Source of the DNA: an uncultured virus (IMG/VR IMGVR_UViG_3300027973_000046)
Lineage: Duplodnaviria; Heunggongvirae; Uroviricota; Caudoviricetes
Virus record (IMG/VR): IMGVR_UViG_3300027973_000046
Location: 58,929 to 78,928 of that record
Length of the DNA stretch: 20,000 nt
Reading direction: 5' to 3' (one strand)
Part shown: positions 5,981 through 13,713 of the stretch, one piece after another
Layout of the letters: each line of letters opens with the position of its first letter
Numbering within the stretch: the stretch's first letter is position 1
Translations under genes and position numbers: made by a program
Notes under the pieces: model-generated
Database searches by the model: none
What the model was told of the DNA's origin: nothing
Seen by the model: only the letters and a program-made list of their open reading frames with translations

Positions 5981-7465
5981 TTATGCAAAATATTTTCTAT
6001 TATGTACTACTAATCCTCCCGCTATTAAAATGTCATTAGGAGCTGCATCGAACTCATAAACATTTCTGTTTTCATCGATAATTTGAATTTCATTTACTAG
6101 AATAGAAGAGAAAGATCCATCTTCATTTCTAGAAATTACTTCGTCTCCTGGCTCTAAAATTCCAGTTACTCCAAAGAAATATGTGTTATTTCTTTTCACA
6201 AGAATTGTTTGTTCTAGAGAGAATCTGTGAGCAGGGTTACCGTTAATACATAGTGTAACTTCTTTAACAGAAGGAATTATGTTTGTTATAACAGTTGGAA
6301 CAATTGCTAGATTGTTTAGTTCTGAGCTGGACCATGTGTAAGGGTCTACTGAGAATTCGCTATCTAGTCCGTCCCAAGTTACACCCCAAACATTATCTCC
6401 AATTTGAACATCTGAAGCTTTTTTGTATTCTATTGTATTGTTTTCTCCGATTATTGTAATCAGTGTATCTTGATCAATACAGAACCCTGGAGGTGAGAAG
6501 AACCCTGGAGGTGAGAAGAATCCTGGAGGTGCAAAGAACCCTGGAGGTGAGAAGAACCCTGGAGGTGAGAAGAACCCTGGAGGTGAGAAGAACCCTGGAG
6601 GGCTAAAGAAGTTTGGTGGCGCAAAGAAGCCTGGTGGGCTAAAGAACGACGGTGGGCTAAAGAACGCTGGTGGCGAGAAGAAGCCTGGTGGGCTAAAGAA
6701 CGCTGGTGGCGAGAAGAATGCTGGTGGCGAGAAGAATGAAGGTGGCGAGAAGAAGCCTGGTGGGCTAAAGAACGCTGGTGGCGAGAAGAACGCTGGTGGC
6801 GAGAAGAATGAAGGTGGCGAGAAGAAGCCTGGTGGGCTAAAGAACGCTGGTGGGAAGAACGGCGGGAAGAACGGGGCTAGAGTTGTTACAGAATTTGAAC
6901 TTCCAGAGTAAGCAGAATTTAAATTTCCGTTTATAGCAAGTACTTGATATGTCTGTGAAGTATTTGCTGTTTCTGGTACAGTGTATGAAGTTCCAGTTGT
7001 TGAATAAGTTGGTCCATCAGAAGACTTAAGTATGTAACCAGTTACAGATGACCCTCCATTATTTTCTGGTGCTGCCCATGTAACATAGTCTTGATTTGTT
7101 TGCGCTGTTGCTACTGGAGCCGCTGGTGTTGAGGTAACTGTTGTTACTGTAACTTGATTAGATGCGGCAGAAGGAAGGGATGTTCCGTTATCATTACTTG
7201 CTGTTACTGTTATGGTTGGCGTAGCGCCTACACCAAAACCTGTAATTGTTAATGGTGAAGATGCACCTGTTACAGTTTGTCCCGTGCTGGCTGTTGCTGT
7301 AAATGATGTTGCAGCATTTCTGTTGTCTGGGGTAAATGTTATTGTAACTGCGCCGTTGTTGTACGGACGATTAGTTCCAACATTTGTTGCTGTACCAATA
7401 ATTGGTGCATATGGTGCCAGGAAGTCATTAGCTCCCTGGCTCATTCTACCTGCTTGTTTTGACAT
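5981..7465 (-). CDS. FN3-FN3 / (FFSPPx)20 repeat / C-terminal Hint domain protein
   Basis: Two FN3-like domains (VTITFTP...TITVTASNDNGTS; VTWAAPENNGGSSVTGY...YQVLAINGN), a Pro/Phe repeat at aa 198-328, and a Hint domain from C329 (CIDQDTLI...DVQIGDNV...LEPGDEV...VYEF...GGLVVHN489). AAGGAG RBS. Confidence 0.9.
   Translation of the reverse strand: MSKQAGRMSQGANDFLAPYAPIIGTATNVGTNRPYNNGAVTITFTPDNRNAATSFTATASTGQTVTGASSPLTITGFGVGATPTITVTASNDNGTSLPSAASNQVTVTTVTSTPAAPVATAQTNQDYVTWAAPENNGGSSVTGYILKSSDGPTYSTTGTSYTVPETANTSQTYQVLAINGNLNSAYSGSSNSVTTLAPFFPPFFPPAFFSPPGFFSPPSFFSPPAFFSPPAFFSPPGFFSPPSFFSPPAFFSPPAFFSPPGFFSPPAFFSPPSFFSPPGFFAPPNFFSPPGFFSPPGFFSPPGFFSPPGFFAPPGFFSPPGFFSPPGFCIDQDTLITIIGENNTIEYKKASDVQIGDNVWGVTWDGLDSEFSVDPYTWSSSELNNLAIVPTVITNIIPSVKEVTLCINGNPAHRFSLEQTILVKRNNTYFFGVTGILEPGDEVISRNEDGSFSSILVNEIQIIDENRNVYEFDAAPNDILIAGGLVVHNRKYFA
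5999..6481 (-). other. Hint (Hedgehog/intein-like) autoprocessing domain, 161 aa, no endonuclease
   Basis: N-terminal Cys (codon 6481-6479), D.QIGD.V motif, L.PGDEV motif, block F VYEF and terminal VVHN, followed only by RKYFA-stop. Confidence 0.88.
6482..6874 (-). repeat. Coding 18-bp tandem repeat: PFFPPFFPPA + 20 x FF(S/A)PP(G/A/S/N) + F
   Basis: Counted directly from the translation: aa 208-327 are 20 hexapeptides. The DNA units vary at synonymous positions. Confidence 0.97.
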
Positions 7466-7489
7466 TTATATATTCTCCCTTAATCCGAA

Positions 7490-10400
7490 TTACGCTGAAA
7501 GGTCTCCAAAGACCAACCATCCGCTTGATATTTTCATTGCTGTTACAACTGAGTTAGTTGTTCTAAACTTAAGTCCTGGTGTTCCAACAACTCCATTAGT
7601 TGATTCAAAACGTGCTCCTGTGGATGATGCCTGGTGGAAGTCGATTGACTGTCCAGTTACGTATCCTGTTGCTGGTAGAGTAATTACTACTGCTCCAGTT
7701 AGTGGTATAAACTGATCTGCCCGATCTGGTCCGATTGTAACTGCTCCTGCTGCTAATGCAGTTGGAATGTTAGTAATAGAAGGAACGCCAGCCTTAGTCT
7801 GTGTACCGTCTGTAAAGACTACGCCAGATGCTGCAACTGTTACTGCTCCAGTAAATGTTGGTGAAGCAATTGGAGCGAATCCTGCAATACTTGCGCCTGC
7901 TGGGATTGTAACTGTTCCTGTAAATGTAGGAGACTCAATGCCTGCTACTGTAGAGTAGTTTGTTCCATCAGTTGTAAACTCCCACTTATCAGTAGATTCG
8001 TTCCAACGAATCTGAACTGCAGATGAATCTCCACGCATGATTCTTAGTCCAGCGTTTTCTGTTGGAGCACCTGTAGTAAAGTTACTATTTAGGTCAATAA
8101 TGTTATCAGCCAAAGAAATTGTTTCGCTGTTTACAGTTGTAGTTGTTCCGCTTACTGTTAGGTTTCCACCAACAACAAGGTTTCCATTTACTTCTGCATT
8201 ATCATTAAGGTAAACTTTTCCTGTACCGTTTCCAGATAATGATAAGTCTGTATTTGTTGTTTTGCTTGTAATACTATCAGTTTTTACTCCATTGCTAAAG
8301 GCAATTCCATTACCGTCTGCGCTTGAGAAGTTAGCTCCTGCTTCAACTACTAAAGGTCCCTTGATATTAACAGAGCCAGTTCCTGTTGGATCTAGTTCAA
8401 TGTTACCGCTTCCGCTTGTTCTTAGGCCAAGGTTTTCATTAATGTCGGCAGAAACAACAATTGCTCCTGATTCATCTTGAATAACCTTCTGACCGTTAAC
8501 GTATAGTGATCCTGGACCTACGTAGATATCTTTCCACATCTTTGTAGGAGAACCTAAGTCAAATGTGTTGTCAGTTGCAGGAACTATGCTTCCACCTGCA
8601 GTAACTGTTGGCAAAACTACAGTTCCTGTAAATGTTGGTGATGCAAGTGGTGCTTTAAGATTGTCATTTGTAATAGTTGCATAAGTTGCGGCAGCTGTTG
8701 CGCTAGCAAGGTAGGTTGAAGATGCTGTACCTATCGCTAGCTTTGAATCTAATTGTGTTTGTATTGCTGAAGTTACACCATCAACATATCCAATTTCATC
8801 TGCTGAAACGTTTCCGATTGATGTAGTTGCTGGCAATACTACTGTGCCAGTAAATGTAGGTGCTGCTGATGGGGCTTTTGCCGCAAGGTTTGAAACCAAG
8901 TCTGTAATTTTAGACTGATCAATAAATCCTGCAAGCATTACGTTTGTAATTCCACCAGTGTTAGTTTTTACTATTGCCTCTCCAGCAATTTTTAGTGGAG
9001 AAATTTCTGCTGTGTCGCTAATATCTAAATTAGATATTGCTCCGTTTGCAATTTTTCCTGAAGTTACTGCATTATCCGCTAGTTCGCTTGTTCCTACAGA
9101 AGATGCTGCGATCTTTGCTGCTGTTACTGAATCATCGGCTAGCTTTAAAGTTGTTATTGTTAAGTCTGCAATCTTTGCTGCTGTTACTGCGCCATCGGCT
9201 ATCTCGCTGGTTCCTACAGCAGATGCTGCGATCTGTGCTGCTGTTACTGCGTTATCGGCTATCTCGCTGGTTCCTACAGCAGATGCTGCGATCTGTGCTG
9301 CTGTTACTGAATCATCAGCCAACTTTGCGGTTGTTACTGAATCGTCAGCCAACTTTGCGGTTGTTACTGCAAGATCTGCAATCTTTGCTGCTGTTACTGC
9401 GTCATCAGATAATTTTTGATTTGTTACTGCTTCGTCGTCAATCTTTAAAGTTGTTACTGCGTCGTCGGCTAGCTTTAAAGTTGTTACTCCTTGGTTTGCA
9501 ATCTTTGCGGTTTCCACTGCAAGGTCTGCTAGCTTTGTAGCTCCAACAGCACCATTTGCAATTTTTGCTGAATTGACTGCTAGGTCTTCAATTTTACTTG
9601 GAGTGACTGCTGCGTCTGCAATCTTTGTTGCAATAACTGCTGCGTCTGCAATCTTTGTAGTTATTACTGCACCAGAAACAATTGCTCTAGATCCTACTGA
9701 GCTTACGTTCATCATTGGTTCTGTAACTGCAGAGTCAGGCAAAGTTACTGTTCCTGTAAATGTTGGACTAATAATAGGAGCTTTTAGGTCTATTTGTCCG
9801 TATACCTGAGATATGTTTGCTGCATCGTATTTTGAATTAAGTTGTGTTTGTATGGCTGAAGTAACTCCATTTAATGTCTGAAGTTCAGCATTTGAAACAT
9901 CTCCAATTGATGCGCGATCTGCAAATAGTCCTCCGAGTTGAAGGTCGTCTTTTGTGTATGTTGTAAAGTCTACTACTGTTGTAGGCTCTGCGGTAACACC
10001 AGAAAATAGTTTCCATCTTCCGCCATCAGATGCATCACGAACAAGACCAGAATGCTGGTATGTTCCGTCATTAAATGCTGCAACGACTCCAAGGTCAAGT
10101 GCGTTTGATTGGTTGCCATCTCCAATATAAATCATTGGATCGTCTACTGTTACATTTGTAGAATTTACTGTAGTGCTAGTTCCATTAACTGTCAGGTTGC
10201 CTGAAATGGTTACGTTATTAGCTGTGAGGCCTGTTGCAACATCTAGGTTAATTGCATTAAGTGTGGTGGCATTTACTGTTCCAGAAAAATTTGGAGAATT
10301 TGAAACTGCTATATTTAGGTATCCGCCTGCATCGTCATAAGTTTTAACAATGTTTGTGCCAGCAGTAATTTCAGAGGCTACAACATCTTGAATTGTTTCT

Positions 10401-10840
10401 GTTATATCTAGCTCTGATGCTGGAACTTTACCGACACTGTTAAGTGATGCTACTCCAAGCGCTGTGCCGCGATCAGAAAGTGGTATAAATCCCTCGTCAA
10501 CTGTATTTGATAATGCCAGTACGGTTTCCTGTACGTAATTTTTAGTTGCAATAATGCTTGAATCGACATTTATTGTAATGGTATTAGATCCATCGTTATA
10601 TGTCTTTGTTAGTCCCGCTCCCATTGTAAGTGCGGTGTTAATTGCGTCTTGGGAAATTTCACCAATCGCTACATCTGAATTATTTGCATATGCAAGGGCG
10701 GTCCAGGTAGAAGATCCGTTACCGAACTTAAATAGGTTTGAGTCTGACTCTACACCCATTTCTCCTGCTGCCAAAATTGGATTTACTGAGGTCCATTGTG
10801 AAGCTGTACCTCTTCTTACTTGAATTCTTACTGTTGACAT
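7490..10840 (-). CDS. Long tail fibre/appendage protein with Mtd_N-like N-terminus
   Basis: RIQVRRGTASQWTSVNPILAAGEMGVESDSNLFKFGNG (Mtd_N-type), GNLTV.GT.TTVNS modules, 10-aa repeats, several P(I/L)ASPTFTGTV-type fibre motifs, C-terminal WLVFGDLSA. The start is probably ATG 10840, after AAGGGGTGG. Confidence 0.85.
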   Translation of the reverse strand: MSTVRIQVRRGTASQWTSVNPILAAGEMGVESDSNLFKFGNGSSTWTALAYANNSDVAIGEISQDAINTALTMGAGLTKTYNDGSNTITINVDSSIIATKNYVQETVLALSNTVDEGFIPLSDRGTALGVASLNSVGKVPASELDITETIQDVVASEITAGTNIVKTYDDAGGYLNIAVSNSPNFSGTVNATTLNAINLDVATGLTANNVTISGNLTVNGTSTTVNSTNVTVDDPMIYIGDGNQSNALDLGVVAAFNDGTYQHSGLVRDASDGGRWKLFSGVTAEPTTVVDFTTYTKDDLQLGGLFADRASIGDVSNAELQTLNGVTSAIQTQLNSKYDAANISQVYGQIDLKAPIISPTFTGTVTLPDSAVTEPMMNVSSVGSRAIVSGAVITTKIADAAVIATKIADAAVTPSKIEDLAVNSAKIANGAVGATKLADLAVETAKIANQGVTTLKLADDAVTTLKIDDEAVTNQKLSDDAVTAAKIADLAVTTAKLADDSVTTAKLADDSVTAAQIAASAVGTSEIADNAVTAAQIAASAVGTSEIADGAVTAAKIADLTITTLKLADDSVTAAKIAASSVGTSELADNAVTSGKIANGAISNLDISDTAEISPLKIAGEAIVKTNTGGITNVMLAGFIDQSKITDLVSNLAAKAPSAAPTFTGTVVLPATTSIGNVSADEIGYVDGVTSAIQTQLDSKLAIGTASSTYLASATAAATYATITNDNLKAPLASPTFTGTVVLPTVTAGGSIVPATDNTFDLGSPTKMWKDIYVGPGSLYVNGQKVIQDESGAIVVSADINENLGLRTSGSGNIELDPTGTGSVNIKGPLVVEAGANFSSADGNGIAFSNGVKTDSITSKTTNTDLSLSGNGTGKVYLNDNAEVNGNLVVGGNLTVSGTTTTVNSETISLADNIIDLNSNFTTGAPTENAGLRIMRGDSSAVQIRWNESTDKWEFTTDGTNYSTVAGIESPTFTGTVTIPAGASIAGFAPIASPTFTGAVTVAASGVVFTDGTQTKAGVPSITNIPTALAAGAVTIGPDRADQFIPLTGAVVITLPATGYVTGQSIDFHQASSTGARFESTNGVVGTPGLKFRTTNSVVTAMKISSGWLVFGDLSA
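9014..9703 (-). repeat. 23 x decapeptide repeat (consensus xAVTxAK(I/L)AD)
   Basis: 30-bp periodicity. The 60-bp copies at 9181-9240 and 9241-9300 differ at only 2 positions. Confidence 0.93.
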
Positions 10841-10872
10841 ATTTGCCACCCCTTGTTTAGATTTATTTGTTA

Positions 10873-10881
10873 ATTATAGCA
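10873..10881 (-). promoter_or_regulatory. Extended -10 promoter (TGCTATAAT)
   Basis: Perfect TGnTATAAT in the intergenic gap, about 30 nt upstream of the long fibre start. Confidence 0.55.
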
Positions 10882-10901
10882 CTACAATAATTCCAAAACA
10901 A

Positions 10902-11273
10902 TTACGAAATTGTTCCAGAATCAAAGGTCATGCTGTATATATCTGTTGAGTAATCTCCACCATCCGCAAACTTTGTGGCTGCTGTATTTACTCCATTTGC
11001 AAAAACTGTATATACTGGCTGGCCGTCATAATCTATTGCCAGTCCAATATCCATAAATGTTAAAGCACCTAGATCTTCCGCCGCATCTGTAAGGAGGGCG
11101 ATTTCCTTCCAAGCACCATTTATCTGGATTTTTAATCTTCCAGTTGATGAGTCGAAGGCAAGGGGGGTTGAATTTAAGACTAAGTTGTCTACATTTACTG
11201 CTGCATCGAATGTTGCAGGTCCTGCTACGTTAAGGCCATTTTTAACCTTGAAGTTCTTATTTACTATTGCCAT
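10902..11273 (-). CDS. Small virion structural/fibre-associated protein
   Basis: N-terminus MAIVNKNFKVKNGLNV is nearly identical to that of 11337-13100. Acidic DGG/DSG C-terminus; AGGGG RBS. Confidence 0.7.
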   Translation of the reverse strand: MAIVNKNFKVKNGLNVAGPATFDAAVNVDNLVLNSTPLAFDSSTGRLKIQINGAWKEIALLTDAAEDLGALTFMDIGLAIDYDGQPVYTVFANGVNTAATKFADGGDYSTDIYSMTFDSGTIS

Positions 11274-11300
11274 TTAAGTTCACATATCCCCTAATGTTTT

Positions 11301-11333
11301 GGTGGGGTTTTGAAAGGACCCCATACCTTTTAT
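11301..11333. terminator. Intergenic hairpin (possible terminator or processing site)
   Basis: TGGGGTTTT-GAA-AGGACCCCA inverted repeat followed by TACCTTTTAT on the + strand. Confidence 0.4.
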
Positions 11334-11336
11334 TAA

Positions 11337-13100
11337 TTATTTAATTAGTGTTGCATAAACCATTACATCTGTTGATGCGTAGGTTGTTGTTACTGATATT
11401 GATACATCTCCTGAAACGTATGCTGCTGATACTGTTCCAAGGTCGAGTCCTGTTGTGATTGAGCCGAACTCTGTTATTGCTACGTTATTGCTTGTATCTA
11501 ATGTAAGTAGTACTTCAGAAACCTGAGTATTGACTCCATTTTTTAATTTAACAATTGCTTTAGCTGTTCTGTAGTCTGCCGCTGCCCATGTAAGAGCATT
11601 AACAGTTGCTGCTGATGCTACGGTTGAAGTTGCTGCCTGTACTGCTGCTACATCATTTACGTTGACCTTTGTAAATGGTGTTGTACCATTTTTTACGCTT
11701 GTAAGAGCGCTTGCTGCTGTTGATTCTGCTGAAGATTGTGCTGCTGCTTGTGCAGTTGCAATTGCTGCATTACGGTCTGTGACTTCACCTGAGATTGCAG
11801 TTGAAATTGCTGAGTTACGTGCTGTAGCTTCTGCAGCAACCTTTGACGTTGCATCCGCTGCTGCGGTTGCTACTGAGGCTGCGTCGCCTGTTACTCTAAG
11901 AGCTGCTTCTGCAGCTACCTTAGATGTTGCATCTGCTGCTGCAGTTGAAACTGAAGCTGCGTCGCCTGTTACTCTAAGAGCTGCTTCTGCAGCTACCTTA
12001 GATGTTGCATCTGCTGCTGCTGTCGCTTCTGCTGCTGATCGAGCTGCGTTTGCCTTAGTTGTTGCATCTGCTGCTGCAGTTGAAGCTGCTGATGCTAAAC
12101 TTGAAGTTACATCTGCTGCGTTTGCCTTTGTACCAAGAGCTGTTGTTAATGTTGTTGAATAATTAGCATCATTATTAATTGCGTCTGCTAATTCATTTAA
12201 AGTGTCAAGAATTCCTGGTGCACCATCAACTAATGAATCTACTGCATCTGAAATTGCTGTGTTACGGTTTGAAACTTCTGTTGCTATTGCTGCTGAAAGT
12301 GCTGATGCTGCTGTTGCCTCTGCTCCAGACTTTGCTGCGTTTGCCTTAGTTGTTGCATCTGCTGCTGCTGCAGAGATTGCTGCTGCTTGTGCTGCATCTG
12401 CCTTAGTTGTTGCGTCTGCTGCTGCGGTTGAAACTGAAGCTGCATCGCCTGATACTCTAAGAGCTGCTTCTGCAGCTACCTTAGATGTCGCATCGGTTGC
12501 TGCTGTCGCTACTGAGGCTGCGTCGCCTGATACTCTAAGAGCTGCTTCTGCAGCTACCTTAGATGTCGCATCGGTTGCTGCTGTAGATTCTGCTGCAGCT
12601 TTAGCAGTTGCAATTGCAGTATTTCTGTCAGAAACTTCTGTAGAAATTGCTGCTGAAATTGCTGTATTGCGGGCTGTAACTTCTGCTGCGACCTTAGCGG
12701 TTGCATCGGTTGCTGCATTTGCCTGTGCGCTTGATGCAGCACCTGCTGCATCATATGCTGCAGCTGTTGCTGCTAGTGCACGAGCATTTGTGAAATATAG
12801 ATTTGATCCTTCTGCAAGATCGTCAGTATCATGATTTGAAAGGCTTGAAACTGTACCCGTTACGTTACCAGTTAAATTACCAACAATAGATGCTGTAATT
12901 GTTCCTGCTGAGAAGTTTCCTGAGCCGTCGCGCTTTACTACAGTATTAGGAGTGTTTGCTGTATCCGCTGATCCGCCAACTGTACTGATAATGAATGCTG
13001 TTGATGCTTCTGTTAATACATTAAATCCGTTTACCGTTGCGACGGAACCGTCAACGACAAGACCATTTTTTACTCTAAAGTTCTTATTTACTATTGCCAT
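11337..13100 (-). CDS. Ala-rich coiled-coil tail fibre protein
   Basis: VVKRDGSGNFSAGTITA, TDDLAEGSNLYFTNARA and LVDGAPGILDTLNELADAI phage-fibre motifs, 26-aa Ala-rich repeats, and a C-terminal DYRTAK domain. AGAGGAG RBS. Confidence 0.82.
   Translation of the reverse strand: MAIVNKNFRVKNGLVVDGSVATVNGFNVLTEASTAFIISTVGGSADTANTPNTVVKRDGSGNFSAGTITASIVGNLTGNVTGTVSSLSNHDTDDLAEGSNLYFTNARALAATAAAYDAAGAASSAQANAATDATAKVAAEVTARNTAISAAISTEVSDRNTAIATAKAAAESTAATDATSKVAAEAALRVSGDAASVATAATDATSKVAAEAALRVSGDAASVSTAAADATTKADAAQAAAISAAAADATTKANAAKSGAEATAASALSAAIATEVSNRNTAISDAVDSLVDGAPGILDTLNELADAINNDANYSTTLTTALGTKANAADVTSSLASAASTAAADATTKANAARSAAEATAAADATSKVAAEAALRVTGDAASVSTAAADATSKVAAEAALRVTGDAASVATAAADATSKVAAEATARNSAISTAISGEVTDRNAAIATAQAAAQSSAESTAASALTSVKNGTTPFTKVNVNDVAAVQAATSTVASAATVNALTWAAADYRTAKAIVKLKNGVNTQVSEVLLTLDTSNNVAITEFGSITTGLDLGTVSAAYVSGDVSISVTTTYASTDVMVYATLIK
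11830..12580 (-). repeat. Two blocks of 78-bp (26-aa) repeats A(A/T)DATSKVAAEAALRV(S/T)GDAASV(S/A)TA
   Basis: Matching DNA at 11881/11959 and 12442/12520, each pair 78 bp apart. Confidence 0.9.
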
Positions 13101-13123
13101 AATTTATGACTCCTCTTACTGCT

Positions 13124-13678
13124 TTATTTTAACGCTGTTCTAAAATATCTTACAGTTACTTCTCCTGATACTGGGGTGACTGTTAGATTAATTATACCAT
13201 TTGACGATTCAAAAGCTGTTGTCGCAATTGATGAATTGGCATTTGTTACAATATTGGATTCTGAGACATATATATCAGAAGATCCTCTTAATGCTGTTAT
13301 GTTAGAAAAATATGATTCTCCAGTAGATGTTTTTACAATCTGCAGGGCATAAGATGCAGTCCGATAGTCTGCTGATGCATATGAGTCTATAGTTGTTTTG
13401 TTTTGGATTCCCGCCACCGTTAAGTCATTATTTCCTTCTAGACCCATAAGTGTTTCTATGCTTGCCGATGTATTTGCAAGAGTTCCCACTGAAGCTGATA
13501 GGGAATTGATTTTATATGTCAACGAGTTTGAATCCGTTGAGTTTGTTATTCCTACTACATTTTCTAATGCCTCTATTGCGTCGTTAGCATTAGCATGTTG
13601 TTCTGCGTGACCAACCAATTCATCTTTTGAAGATGGGTTTAAAAGGCTGTCTTTACTTGTTGGAAAAGTGCTTGCCAT
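13124..13678 (-). CDS. Virion structural protein
   Basis: N-terminal FPTSKDSL.NP...HAEQHANANDAIEALE..VG motif. The C-terminal IDSYASADYRTASY domain is paralogous to the C-terminus of 11337-13100. AGGAGG RBS. Confidence 0.7.
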   Translation of the reverse strand: MASTFPTSKDSLLNPSSKDELVGHAEQHANANDAIEALENVVGITNSTDSNSLTYKINSLSASVGTLANTSASIETLMGLEGNNDLTVAGIQNKTTIDSYASADYRTASYALQIVKTSTGESYFSNITALRGSSDIYVSESNIVTNANSSIATTAFESSNGIINLTVTPVSGEVTVRYFRTALK

Positions 13679-13707
13679 GTTGCCTCCTGGCGGTACTGCA
13701 TTTACTA

Positions 13708-13713
13708 ATTATA
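13708..13713 (-). promoter_or_regulatory. -10 element TATAAT
   Basis: AGATATAATTA in the intergenic gap about 30 nt upstream of ATG 13678. It shares the TATAATTA context of the 10873 site. Confidence 0.45.

Noticed and set aside
5999..6481. Mobile splicing intein / homing element
   Set aside because: There is no endonuclease insert, the +1 residue is Arg, the C-extein is only 5 aa, and the domain is not inserted in a conserved enzyme motif.
6482..6874. CRISPR array or non-coding satellite
   Set aside because: The units are 18 bp, contiguous with no unique spacers, in frame, and vary mainly at synonymous positions. This is a coding repeat.
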